A model generated the notes under the pieces. It saw nothing but the letters and a program-made list of their open reading frames with translations, was not told where the DNA came from and searched no databases. 64,000 nucleotides of DNA from Bacteriovoracia bacterium (GTDB lineage Bacteria > Bdellovibrionota > UBA1018 > JBFWNL01). The stretch covers positions 747,825 to 811,824 of the forward strand of contig JBFWNL010000001.1 of assembly GCA_050251055.1 (NCBI GenBank), in the 5' to 3' direction. The position numbers and the translations under genes were made by a program. Shown piece after piece: positions 28,670 through 38,313 of this stretch (positions within the stretch are counted from its first letter, which is position 1; each line of letters opens with the position of its first letter).

Positions 28670-30012
28670 TCACGCGTGAGTACTTCCAGAAAATCTGCGA
28701 AACGCTTTTTAGCGAACGCCCGGCCCGGGAGCACCTCACGATGGAGCTCACCGCCGAAGCCAGCCAGTTTTGCCGCATCAACGCGGCCAAGATTCGGCAG
28801 CTCGGTACGGTCGCCGACGCGCTCTACGCCGTCCAACTTACCCAAGAAGGAACCAGCGCCGGTCAGCACCGCCAGGGCACGGCCTCGTTCACCTTGACCG
28901 GAGAAATAGAATCCGATCTCGTCCAAGCCCGTGCGGTCACCGCACGACTTCGCAGTGAGGTGGCCCAGCTGCCACCCGACCCGTTCTGCGAGGTCCCCAA
29001 GAACCACGGACATTCCAACTCCACGCGCACTGGCCACCTTTTACGCCCGGACGAAGCCGCGGAAGCGCTGGTGAAACCCGCGCAAGGCGTCGACCTAGCC
29101 GGTATCTACGCCGCCGGCGCCGTGATCCGCGCGAACGCAAACTCCACCGGCCAGTTTCATTGGTTTAGCACCGACAACTTCGTCTTCGACTACTCCATTT
29201 ACACGGCAAACCAAAAGGCGCTGAAAGGCTCCTTCGCCGGACAGCACTGGGATAGCGACACCTACGCCCTAGAGATGCGAAACGCCGCCGAAAGATCCCA
29301 CGCGCTCGCGCAGGCGCCCAAGAAGCTGAGTCCGGGTGCCTACCGTACCTACCTTGCGCCTGCCTGCTTCAGCGAACTCTTACCGATGTTCTCTTGGGGA
29401 TGCATCGGCGAGGCCTCGCTCCGGCAAGGGGATAGTCCCCTGCTACAGGTCCGCCAAGGGCGCCAACAATTCTCCCCGAAGTTCACCCTGTCCGAGGATT
29501 TCCGCGGCGGGGAAGTACCACGCTTTAATGACAAAGGAGAAGTGGCGCCCGAGTACCTCGCCCTCATCGCCGAGGGCGAGCTCAAGAACACCCTCGTAAG
29601 CTCGCGGACCGCGCTCGAATACGGCCTAACGGGAAATGGCGCGGGCACGAGCGAAGGATTGCGGGCGCCAGCCGTGGCGGGAGGATCGCTACCGGAGGGG
29701 GACGCGGTGCGGGCCCTTGGCACTGGCCTTTACCTTTCCAACCTGCACTACCTAAACTGGAGCGATCGTCTGCACGGACGCATCACCGGCATGACCCGTT
29801 ACGCCTGCTTCTGGGTGGAGAACGGGAAGCTGCAATCCCCGATCGAGAATCTACGCTTCGATGACAGCATCTTCAGCCTGTTCGGAACCGCGCTAGAAGA
29901 CCTCACCCGCGAATGCACACCGCTCACCAGCACGGACACCTACGGGTTCCGATCCCTGGGCGTGGCGAACGCCCCGGGCGTGCTATTAAAGCAGATGACT
30001 TTTACTCTTTAA
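28666..30012 (+). CDS. TldE/PmbA family protein
   Basis: GAYRTYLAP, TGMTRYACFWVENG, IENLRF; translationally coupled to tldD. Confidence 0.88.
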   Translation: MITREYFQKICETLFSERPAREHLTMELTAEASQFCRINAAKIRQLGTVADALYAVQLTQEGTSAGQHRQGTASFTLTGEIESDLVQARAVTARLRSEVAQLPPDPFCEVPKNHGHSNSTRTGHLLRPDEAAEALVKPAQGVDLAGIYAAGAVIRANANSTGQFHWFSTDNFVFDYSIYTANQKALKGSFAGQHWDSDTYALEMRNAAERSHALAQAPKKLSPGAYRTYLAPACFSELLPMFSWGCIGEASLRQGDSPLLQVRQGRQQFSPKFTLSEDFRGGEVPRFNDKGEVAPEYLALIAEGELKNTLVSSRTALEYGLTGNGAGTSEGLRAPAVAGGSLPEGDAVRALGTGLYLSNLHYLNWSDRLHGRITGMTRYACFWVENGKLQSPIENLRFDDSIFSLFGTALEDLTRECTPLTSTDTYGFRSLGVANAPGVLLKQMTFTL

Positions 30013-30018
30013 GGGCGA

Positions 30019-30726
30019 TTACTGGGCGGCGGCTACGGCGCCGCTGGCGGCAAGTACGCGTCTCAGCAGCCGCTGCTCGTCTTCGGCCTGCTCGAGCTTC
30101 GCGGCCAACTCGTCGGATTGCTGGGTGAGATCCGCGAGCTTCGCCAGATCGGCGGTGTTTTGGGCGGCATCGGACCCATCGGTGGCCATGACCTTCGCGG
30201 GTTTCGTCGGAGACGCGATGTCCCGCGCGATTTTCTGTAGAGCCGCCATCTCCGTAGCGACTTTCGCGCGGGTTTCCGTCCAAGCGACGATATCGCGCTC
30301 AGTGGCGCCCAGGCGCTGCTGGACCTTCGTCACGGAATAAACTTTGTCGTCCACCATCTTTTCGAAAAATTTCACTTCGATCTCAAGCTCGCGCATGCCG
30401 ACGTTCACGGCTTGCAGCTGCTTTTCGTACTGGGCGTGCACTTCCTGCGACATGACTTCTTTTTGGCCCTTGGTGGTTTGCCCGCTTTCGCTCACCCAGC
30501 AGTCGTCGCAGGCTTCTTTCGCGGCAGAGAGCCGCGCGGTCAGCTTCGCGCGCTGCGCTTGACCGGCCGTGAGATCGGACTTCGCGTCGATCAATTGGGT
30601 ACGGATAAATTCTTTGATGTCGTCTTTTGCTTCGTCGGCCGCTCGGGCGCTCACGCTCAAACCGAGCACCAAGCCCAGCGTGCAAACGACAACCGCAAAA
30701 CTCTCGCGAAAAATCTGACGGCTCAT
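30019..30726 (-). CDS. Secreted coiled-coil hypothetical protein
   Basis: Signal peptide ending ARA-A, heptad-rich body, CDDC; AGGAG RBS. Confidence 0.7.
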   Translation of the reverse strand: MSRQIFRESFAVVVCTLGLVLGLSVSARAADEAKDDIKEFIRTQLIDAKSDLTAGQAQRAKLTARLSAAKEACDDCWVSESGQTTKGQKEVMSQEVHAQYEKQLQAVNVGMRELEIEVKFFEKMVDDKVYSVTKVQQRLGATERDIVAWTETRAKVATEMAALQKIARDIASPTKPAKVMATDGSDAAQNTADLAKLADLTQQSDELAAKLEQAEDEQRLLRRVLAASGAVAAAQ

Positions 30727-30750
30727 ACCTCACTCCTTATTCAACCTGTC

Positions 30751-30777
30751 TCATCGGCACAAATCCACAGAAATTTA
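30751..30777 (-). promoter_or_regulatory. sigma28 (FliA) promoter
   Basis: Minus strand TAAA-N15-GCCGATGA upstream of ATG 30726. Confidence 0.75.
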
Positions 30778-30900
30778 GTCCGTCAAAACCTTGACTCGCG
30801 CGGAGAATAAAGCTTGGACTTTCGGGACACATGCTAAACTGAAAACGAGGGGTAAAGGTAGTGAAGCTATAGAACCGGTCCATCCGGAAAGGGGCATACC

Positions 30901-31647
30901 ATGCGCTATTTCATCTTTACGCTAACGATACTTTGTTCACTCACCGCCGCGGCGGCCGATATGCGCGGCATCAACATTTCCACCGGCGTCGTCTACCAAA
31001 CCGGCGGCGATTCTATCCTAGGCAATCCGGGAGCCCTCTTGGGATCTCCGAAGGAAATCGACGCAAGCTACGCCACCGGCGGTGGCAGTAACCAGATCGA
31101 CGGCAGCTTCTCGGGAAGCTCTTCGAGCGTCGGTTACGGCCTGGGGTACCACACCAACGCTTCCACGGCTTACGGCGGACTGGGCTTCGGCAGCGCCCGC
31201 TTCGGCATTGGCGCCAGCGCGGGCTACAATCTTTCAGCTTCGAGCTTAGGCGCGAACATCGGTATCCAATATGGCGGATCGCAAGGCTTCGGCATCGGCG
31301 CCGCGGTTTACGATATCACCGGCGGGTTCAACACCTACTCGATTGGCCTAGGCTTCCGCAAACCAGGCGGTCTCCAGTTTGAACTCGATTACGTGGCCGC
31401 GAGCACCAGCGTCGACGTGCTCGGAACCACCGTCACGGCGAGCACCACCTCCATCGCGCCCGGGATTGCCTTTCAACTGGGACAAGCGGTGAGTCTCATG
31501 GCCGGCTATTCGGCGCTAACTTCTAACCTGGGCGGCGGCACCTTTCGCGCGGGCTTCAACGCCTGGCTCGGATCGAAGTTTGCCTTGTACTTCTTGTACA
31601 AGGCCAGTGGCTATGACTACACCGGCGGCTTGAGAATCAAGCTATAA
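30901..31647 (+). CDS. Gly-rich outer-membrane beta-barrel protein
   Basis: Signal peptide, NPGAL, alternating aromatic/Gly strands, C-terminal YTGGLRIKL. Confidence 0.7.
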   Translation: MRYFIFTLTILCSLTAAAADMRGINISTGVVYQTGGDSILGNPGALLGSPKEIDASYATGGGSNQIDGSFSGSSSSVGYGLGYHTNASTAYGGLGFGSARFGIGASAGYNLSASSLGANIGIQYGGSQGFGIGAAVYDITGGFNTYSIGLGFRKPGGLQFELDYVAASTSVDVLGTTVTASTTSIAPGIAFQLGQAVSLMAGYSALTSNLGGGTFRAGFNAWLGSKFALYFLYKASGYDYTGGLRIKL

Positions 31648-31662
31648 GCCGCGCCTTTGCCA

Positions 31663-32493
31663 CTACCTAGCTGATTTGAATAACTTTGGAAACAAGGGCA
31701 CCGCCAGCAGTGCGAGCACCGGTACGCCCGCAAAGCACACCACGATGAAGGCCCCGGCGGGCAGGTCCCAGGCGTAACTCAGCGACATGCCGACTAGGCT
31801 CAGCGCTAGCCCCAGCATCCAGCCGAAGATCAGCCGCGCCCGAATCGTCGTGAAAAAAAGCGTGCTGACCACGGCCGGTACGATCAGGTAGGCAAAAACC
31901 TGAAGCACCCCCGCCATACTGACGGAGGACGTGATCACGACGCCAAATAGCGCGTAGAACACGAAGTCCCAAAGCGCGTGGCGCTGCGTGCTTTTACCGA
32001 AAGATGCGGCGATGAGCGGCTTGCGGAAAACGAAATGCGCCGTAGCGACCGCGGCATAAATCAACGTCGTCTTGCCCACGTCATGCCAGGTGACCCAAAG
32101 CACCTGGCCGATGAGGATGTCCTTGATGTGCTCAGCCCCGTGCGCAATGCGATCGACAATCAGTACCACCGCCGCCGAGGCGAGCGCGTAAACGATGCCG
32201 ATCATGGCCTCCTGGGGGAACTGCCGCTCGTGCCGGCGAGCGAGCGCGAAGAGGGCCGCCGCCACGAAGGTCGAACCCAAGGCGATGAAGTACGCCGGCG
32301 CCGAATGGTGCTCAAACCCCAGCAAGACGGCCACCGTCGCGCCCAGCGCCGCGACCTGCGCCAAACTCAAATCCACGAATATCACCCCGCGCGCAAGCAC
32401 GTGCAGACCCAGGTAGCAGTGGATGCCCGCGAGGACCAGGCACATCACGAAAGGGGCGGCCAGGAAATGCAGCACCGTCGCCCAGTCGGTCAC
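31663..32493 (-). CDS. Metal ABC transporter permease (ABC-3 / ZnuB-like)
   Basis: YLGLHVLARGVIFVDLSLAQVAALG, EAMIGIVY, GVLQVFAYLIVPA. Confidence 0.9.
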   Translation of the reverse strand: MTDWATVLHFLAAPFVMCLVLAGIHCYLGLHVLARGVIFVDLSLAQVAALGATVAVLLGFEHHSAPAYFIALGSTFVAAALFALARRHERQFPQEAMIGIVYALASAAVVLIVDRIAHGAEHIKDILIGQVLWVTWHDVGKTTLIYAAVATAHFVFRKPLIAASFGKSTQRHALWDFVFYALFGVVITSSVSMAGVLQVFAYLIVPAVVSTLFFTTIRARLIFGWMLGLALSLVGMSLSYAWDLPAGAFIVVCFAGVPVLALLAVPLFPKLFKSAR

Positions 32494-33428
32494 TGGCCAC
32501 CTCCCGACTCCACCGCCTTAATCAACGTCTCGTAAAGATCGTCGAGCGTCGCGATGCCCTCGGCTCCTTCCACTAGGACCGGCACGGTGCGGGAGCGGAT
32601 CTCGGGTATCGCGGAGCGGATCTTCTTTATGACACTGTCATCGAAGTAGTTTTCCACTAGCACCAGCGGTACCTTGCGAGCGCGAATCACCTCAATCACG
32701 TGAATGATGTGGGCGCTCGTCGGCGGGATGCCGGGCTTCGGCTCCAATATCTCCGGATTAGCGATTCCGAACCGCGCGAGGAAATAAGTGAGTGTCTTGT
32801 GATAGGTCACCACTTGTTTCACGCCACTCCGAACGACCCGTGCCTGCCACTCCTTGGTCTTGGCGAGCAGCCGATCGCGCATTTTTTCAGCGCGCGCCTT
32901 GAAATCGGCTCGCTGCGTGGGACTCAGCTCACCCAGCTTTTCTCCCAACTTTATCGCCACCGTCGCCATTCGCTCCGGATCCAGGTTGAAGTGGGGATTC
33001 CCGCCGCCGTGGACATCACCATCGGCACGCGTCAGCTTCCCCGTGGGGACTTCGAGCGGTTCAATCCACGCTCCCGCCTCCACGTACCCCGGCGCTCCGG
33101 GCATGACTTTGGGATTTCGCGCCCCCCGCAGGATGCTGGGGAGCCATCCCTGCTCCAGCTCCAGTCCCATGGCCACGATCAAATCCGCGCGACTCGCTTT
33201 CACCATATAAGAGGGCTTAGCCTCGATGAAATGCGGATCTTGGGTGCCACGGGCGATCGAGTCCACCTCGACCTCCGGTCCACCCACTTCTTTTACCACG
33301 GCCGCGAGATCCGTGATCGTGGTGACTACCTTCAACTTGGCCTCGGCGGGCGTCGCCATCGCGAGCGCCACGCCCAAGACCACCATCCCATTACGCCACT
33401 GCATCGGGTTCATCCTCTTAATAGGCAT
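32490..33428 (-). CDS. Metal ABC transporter substrate-binding protein (ZnuA/TroA-like)
   Basis: QDPHFIE, GDVHGGGNPHFNLDP, YHKTL, EPKPGIPPT. Confidence 0.92.
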   Translation of the reverse strand: MPIKRMNPMQWRNGMVVLGVALAMATPAEAKLKVVTTITDLAAVVKEVGGPEVEVDSIARGTQDPHFIEAKPSYMVKASRADLIVAMGLELEQGWLPSILRGARNPKVMPGAPGYVEAGAWIEPLEVPTGKLTRADGDVHGGGNPHFNLDPERMATVAIKLGEKLGELSPTQRADFKARAEKMRDRLLAKTKEWQARVVRSGVKQVVTYHKTLTYFLARFGIANPEILEPKPGIPPTSAHIIHVIEVIRARKVPLVLVENYFDDSVIKKIRSAIPEIRSRTVPVLVEGAEGIATLDDLYETLIKAVESGGGQ

Positions 33429-34725
33429 GCGCGGGATGCGCGCCGATACTGATGTTGTACTGCAGGGTCATCCGGTGTTCGTCCGGCCCGGCGTCATCCG
33501 CCAAATGGTCGTACTGGGCGCGCAGCGCGGAGAACTCCGACGGAAAGAAGCCTAACAAGAGGCTCTGCTTATTCTTGATGCCAAACGCGTCCGAAACGGG
33601 CAGCCCCAGGAAGTCGTAGCGGCCTTGCACCCACCAACGCTCGGCAAATTGGTACTGCAGCCACGTGGCCAAGCCACCGAGCCCGGATCCGTTCGGGTTG
33701 TTCTGGGCCGCCTGCGCTAGGTACTCGGTTGACCACGAAAGCGAGCGGTACTTCCCGCCTTCCGTCGGGCGAAATTTGAAGGTTAAATCAGCGCCGTAAA
33801 CGTTTGAGCGGCCGTCCCACTGGTTCCAGCCCGTCGCACCGGACAAACCCAGTTCCATCGTCGTCGCGGCGGATAGATCCCATAGGTTTTTGAAGTGGGC
33901 CACGGTCACGAGGTCATTCGGATGCGCGCTCTTGTAAAGATCCGCTTCCTGCCCCGACATCACTTGCAGCGTGAACTCCATGAACCAGGAAGCCGGAATC
34001 AACACGGCCCCGGAAAGGCCCACATCGTTCATGCCTTCATCGCCCAGGATATTCTGATTCGCTAGCGGCGCATCCACGAACGGATAGGCGTGACTGTGCA
34101 AGGTATTCTGGCGTCCGATGAAAGCCTTGAACTTTCCGCCCTTGATCGTCACCGTCGGTACGGCCAAGGTTTCAAAGTAAACCTCCTCGGGCTCGAATGC
34201 GTAAGCGCCGTTCTCGCGATGGAGGCTAAACAACCCCACGCCGCGAAAATAAGGATCCACGTCGGCAGTGAACTGCAGCTCTGCTTCCTGAAAATAGAAT
34301 CCATTGGAGTCATCGGTCACTACGTCATTGCCACGCGTGGAATGGCGATATCCCCCAAGAAAGTTGGCGCTGACGTCGGGGTTAAAGCTCTTTGCCCGCG
34401 GATTCGGGCTCGCGTAGGCAGAGGTAATGGGCGGCTCCGGATTCGGTGCGGGTGTCGTCGGTATCGCCGTCGGCAAAACGGCCGGCGTAATAGCAGGAGA
34501 GGATGGGGCTCCGGCCGTAGCACCTCCTCCCGTCTCGGGGGCGAGCGGGACCCCGGAGCCGGACGAAACCGCGAGCGGCGGATCTTCCGGGGGAGGCGTG
34601 AACGTGATGATGGTGGTGGGCTTTGGGGCCGAGCGTTCCTTCTTTTTCTTTTCCGCCGCCAAGACGGGGGAATTAGACAAAGCAACGGACACGACGAAAG
34701 AAACAAAAATAGCCTGCGTGCGCAT
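33418..34725 (-). CDS. Outer-membrane porin-like protein associated with metal uptake
   Basis: FNPDVS, EAEL..ADVDPYF, NTLHSHAYPFVD, C-terminal IGAHPAHAY; Pro-rich N-terminus. Confidence 0.8.
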   Translation of the reverse strand: MRTQAIFVSFVVSVALSNSPVLAAEKKKKERSAPKPTTIITFTPPPEDPPLAVSSGSGVPLAPETGGGATAGAPSSPAITPAVLPTAIPTTPAPNPEPPITSAYASPNPRAKSFNPDVSANFLGGYRHSTRGNDVVTDDSNGFYFQEAELQFTADVDPYFRGVGLFSLHRENGAYAFEPEEVYFETLAVPTVTIKGGKFKAFIGRQNTLHSHAYPFVDAPLANQNILGDEGMNDVGLSGAVLIPASWFMEFTLQVMSGQEADLYKSAHPNDLVTVAHFKNLWDLSAATTMELGLSGATGWNQWDGRSNVYGADLTFKFRPTEGGKYRSLSWSTEYLAQAAQNNPNGSGLGGLATWLQYQFAERWWVQGRYDFLGLPVSDAFGIKNKQSLLLGFFPSEFSALRAQYDHLADDAGPDEHRMTLQYNISIGAHPAHAY

Positions 34726-34779
34726 GGCGATTCTCCTAATTGCCTATGAAAGGCATGAATAAGTTAAAGAAATTGTACC

Positions 34780-35166
34780 TTAAGCGGAAACGAAAACGGA
34801 AAGGAAAGCAGGCGGAGCCCGCGCGCCCAAGGGGCCGCTGACGGTCCGCAGGTCTGGGGCGGACGCGGGTACAGATGCGAGATCAATGGCGCAAACCAAA
34901 CCCAGCTCAAGGGAAGCGGGCCCAATGGTCACCTTGGCTTGGCTCAAACCCAGGCAAAGTGCGCAGTCCCGGCTCTCAAGCCGAGTGTCGGCCGCCGCCG
35001 CGGAAATCGCCCCAAAAGCCGCATCCGGAGCGGTCACCGAGCGAGAAAACTCGTGCTCGATGGGGTGCACGACGGACACCACCGACTGCAGGATAAGCGT
35101 GGCCGTCAGGGCAAAAGCCCCGAACCAGCCGGCTAATCCAAAGCGTGGTTTCCGTGAGTTCTTCAA
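34780..35166 (-). CDS. DUF2946-like small His/Cys protein
   Basis: TM helix, HPIEH, DCALC, C-terminal ARAPP; first gene of the metal operon. Confidence 0.65.
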   Translation of the reverse strand: MKNSRKPRFGLAGWFGAFALTATLILQSVVSVVHPIEHEFSRSVTAPDAAFGAISAAAADTRLESRDCALCLGLSQAKVTIGPASLELGLVCAIDLASVPASAPDLRTVSGPLGARAPPAFLSVFVSA

Positions 35167-35231
35167 GCAAACGGTTGATTAACACAGCCTCCCCCGAGTA
35201 GTCTAGCCAGAGGTCCCAGACCAATCGGCCG

Positions 35232-36608
35232 ATGAGCTCCCCTACGTTGCGGTACAGTATTTATGATGGCATTGCCTTTAGCCTCATGGTCGGCCTGGGT
35301 GAAACCTATCTCGCGGCGTTCGCCCTCGCCCTAGGCTATAACGACGTCGTCTCAGGCCTCATCACCGCCGCGCCCCTCTTTACCGGGGCGCTACTCCAAC
35401 TCACTACACCCTACGGCGTGCGCAAGCTCGGGTCTTTCAAACGTTGGGTCTGCGCCTGTGTGGCGGCTCAGGGCCTAAGCTTTTTACCGTTCGTAGTGTT
35501 GGGCTTTCTTGGAGAACTACGCCCCTTGCCCGTGTTCGTGCTCTTTTTCCTGGTGGCCCTCTACTGGGCGGCCGGCATGGCGTCGGGGCCCGCTTGGAAC
35601 ACCTGGATGAGCACGATCATCCCGAAAGACACCCGGGTGAGCTTTTTTTCCCGACGAAACTGGATGATGAGCGCGGCGGTCTTAACGGGGATTTTGGTCG
35701 GCGGAGTCTCGCTCCATGCCGCGGGAACCGGCCCCTGGCTGCTCCCTACTTTCGCCCTGCTTTTCACCGGCGCCTGTTTAAGCCGCTTGCTCTCAGCCTA
35801 CTTCCTCACGCGCCAAGACGAACCCAAGGGCGCATCGCTCGAGCTCCAGCGCGTGCCGTTACGCTCGCTGTGGCGAAAAATCCGCACGGAAAATTACGGC
35901 AAGATCCTGCTCTATCTCATGTGCGTGCAGGTCGGGGCGCAGTTTTCGGCTCCCTACTTTTCGCCGTTTATCTTAAGTCACCTGCAGTTCAGCTACGCCG
36001 AATTCATGTGGCTCGTGTCGGCGTCGCTGCTCGCGCGCATGCTCACCTCGCCCTTCGTCAGTCGCTGGACGCCACGTTGGGGGGTGCACCGATTGCTGCT
36101 GATCGCCGGAATCGGCATTATCCCGACGCCCGCCCTGCTCCTGCTTTCACAGGACATCGCGTGGATCACGCTCGTCCAAGTGACCGCCGGATTTTTCTGG
36201 GCGATTTACGAATTCGCGGCGTTCCTCATCTTGTTCGAGGAGATTCCGGAGAAAGAGCGCACGAATATCCTAACGACCTATAACCTCTTCAGCACACTGG
36301 CGATGCTCGTGGGTTCGGTTTGCGGCGGCTGGGTGCTCTCGACGTACCTAGGATCCTCTCAGGCATATATGATCGTCTTTCTCACGGCCTCGACCTTGCG
36401 TCTCCTCGCTATTTTTGCCCTGCTCAGTGCCGGCGAGATCAAGAAAATCCGCTTCAAACGGCTTCCCCTCGATTGGCGGGCGCCGTGGGGCCTACGGCCC
36501 TTGCAGGGATCCATCGCGAGGCTTTTCTTTCTCAAAGCCAAGCCCGTCGCCGGGGATCGGGCCGCTCCGCCCGCAGCCAAACCCGACCGCGAGGTTCCTC
36601 GCCCATGA
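35232..36608 (+). CDS. MFS transporter
   Basis: About 12 TM helices; DGIAFSLMVG, AWNTWMSTIIP..R..FF.RR. Confidence 0.85.
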   Translation: MSSPTLRYSIYDGIAFSLMVGLGETYLAAFALALGYNDVVSGLITAAPLFTGALLQLTTPYGVRKLGSFKRWVCACVAAQGLSFLPFVVLGFLGELRPLPVFVLFFLVALYWAAGMASGPAWNTWMSTIIPKDTRVSFFSRRNWMMSAAVLTGILVGGVSLHAAGTGPWLLPTFALLFTGACLSRLLSAYFLTRQDEPKGASLELQRVPLRSLWRKIRTENYGKILLYLMCVQVGAQFSAPYFSPFILSHLQFSYAEFMWLVSASLLARMLTSPFVSRWTPRWGVHRLLLIAGIGIIPTPALLLLSQDIAWITLVQVTAGFFWAIYEFAAFLILFEEIPEKERTNILTTYNLFSTLAMLVGSVCGGWVLSTYLGSSQAYMIVFLTASTLRLLAIFALLSAGEIKKIRFKRLPLDWRAPWGLRPLQGSIARLFFLKAKPVAGDRAAPPAAKPDREVPRP

Positions 36609-38011
36609 CCGGGCGTCGATTCCTTTTCATGACTTCGGCGATCGGCGTGGTGTTGACCGCCCAGGGCGGCGCCCACGCGGCCGATCCGATTTCGTACGCC
36701 ACCCGAAGCCATCCGTACTCGGGCTGGGGAAACACGATCCGTGGCGACATCCGCTCCATCGGGATGGCTGGCGCCACCTTCGGCCTTGCCGATACGTTCA
36801 TCGGTTCGCTCGAAAATCCGGCGGGGCTAGCGATGACGCTGCCGAACTCCGGCTTACAAGCCAGCGGAAACCTGCTTTACGACGGCAACGTGCAAAACTA
36901 CGACGAATCCGTTTCGAGTAGCATCCTCATCGCGGGCATCAACGCCTATCCCGCCGGGTTCAGCTTCTCGTACTGGACACCGAATCGCGAAGGCCAGCCG
37001 TACACGCTGACCACGGGAGAAACCATTCAACCGGCGGTGTCCGCCTCCGAATTTCGATTGTCCGCCGCACGTACCCTCGCCCAGGACCGCTTCGCCCTGG
37101 GGATCAGCTTGGTTTTGGGCAAAGGAAACCGGACGCTGGTCTATCCTGATCGAGGCAATATCGAAAGCAGCGCTACCGACTACCGGCTGGGTGTAGTCAT
37201 CGGCGCACTCTACCAGTTTCCGCGCCGATGGCTCTTGGGTTTGACCTACGCTTCGGCCATGACCTACCAGAGCTCTAACCGTACCGATCTCACTCACGGG
37301 ATCGATCAGTTTTACCAAGACATCCTCGTTCCCCATCGCGTGGGCATTGGCGCGGGCTGGATCCCGAATCGCTTCTTCCGCTTCGGTTTCGGCTTCGCCG
37401 TCACCGGGCCAATTTCAGGCGCTACCCTGCTACGTGACGATCAAACCCCCGTCGGCGATGGCGTCACCGTCCAGCCCCGGCTCGGTGCCCACTACCTCTT
37501 CGTCGACTACGCGGAGTTCAATGCCGCCCTCTCGCTCGGCAGCTACCTCGAGCCCTCGCGCGTGGCCGGCGCCAGGACCCGGGTGCACGGCACGGTCGGC
37601 ATCGAGATCAACCCCTGGATTTTCAACCTGGGCTGGGCGCTCGATAAGAGCACCCGCTACAGCAACTATATTTTCAGCGTTGGGCTCGATGTCATCAAAG
37701 CGATGACCAAATTGGATTTGGTACCCGAAGCCTGGAAACCTTCGCACGCCGGGTTCTTTCCTTCACCGTCGCGCCTCTCGGAAACGGGCCTGCCTCGGCC
37801 GCTCGTGCGCAACTGGGATGAGCGTATGAACGCGCCCGATATCATCCAAGTGAGCAAGGAGTTGCCGAAAAAACTCGAAGAGAAATTCAACGACCTTCTC
37901 GGCGATGAAAAGCCGGAGGCGGATAAAAAGTTCGAGACTCCGCCTAAACCGCCCGCGAAACCGAAGCGAACGAAGAAAAAACCTCGCGTGAAAAAGAAGA
38001 AGAAAACTTAA
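36605..38011 (+). CDS. Outer-membrane beta-barrel protein (FadL/TodX-like) with Lys-rich tail
   Basis: ATG 36605 overlaps the MFS stop; RRFL signal; RSIGMAGA...ENPAGLA N-terminal motif. Confidence 0.6.
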   Translation: MTGRRFLFMTSAIGVVLTAQGGAHAADPISYATRSHPYSGWGNTIRGDIRSIGMAGATFGLADTFIGSLENPAGLAMTLPNSGLQASGNLLYDGNVQNYDESVSSSILIAGINAYPAGFSFSYWTPNREGQPYTLTTGETIQPAVSASEFRLSAARTLAQDRFALGISLVLGKGNRTLVYPDRGNIESSATDYRLGVVIGALYQFPRRWLLGLTYASAMTYQSSNRTDLTHGIDQFYQDILVPHRVGIGAGWIPNRFFRFGFGFAVTGPISGATLLRDDQTPVGDGVTVQPRLGAHYLFVDYAEFNAALSLGSYLEPSRVAGARTRVHGTVGIEINPWIFNLGWALDKSTRYSNYIFSVGLDVIKAMTKLDLVPEAWKPSHAGFFPSPSRLSETGLPRPLVRNWDERMNAPDIIQVSKELPKKLEEKFNDLLGDEKPEADKKFETPPKPPAKPKRTKKKPRVKKKKKT

Positions 38012-38133
38012 TCGGCGTGAATGGGGAACTTAGGCGTGGTGCCCTTGTTCTGCTCGCGCTTCTTACGGGTCTTGCCCCGAGCGGAGTACTTATTACGGCG
38101 ACGGTTCTTGGTGCGATTGCCACGTGCAGGCAT
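38008..38133 (-). CDS. Small highly basic protein (41 aa), missing from the ORF track
   Basis: MPARGNRTKNRRRNKYSARGKTRKKREQNKGTTPKFPIHAD*; AGGAG RBS 8 nt upstream; stop overlaps the convergent gene's stop. Confidence 0.7.
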   Translation of the reverse strand: MPARGNRTKNRRRNKYSARGKTRKKREQNKGTTPKFPIHAD

Positions 38134-38313
38134 TTTACAATCTCCTGAAGACTTCCTAAAAATTTATGAATTCACAGTCTTAGTCCGCCCCTGGCGCGGC
38201 GTCAACCCCCAACCCCCCTCCGGACCCCCAGCAACCCCCGAAATTAATGGTTGATTGTTTTTATCCAATATGAGAGGGTGCGCGCGTCGGGTGGCTAAGA
38301 TTTGAGGTATAAA

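Noticed and set aside
27230-30012. TldD/E as part of a RiPP cluster
   Set aside because: No YcaO or other modification enzymes and no clear precursor nearby; likely a housekeeping pair.
36320-36604. N-terminal extension of the 563-aa ORF
   Set aside because: Overlaps the MFS gene; ATG 36605 gives a proper signal peptide and a coupled start.
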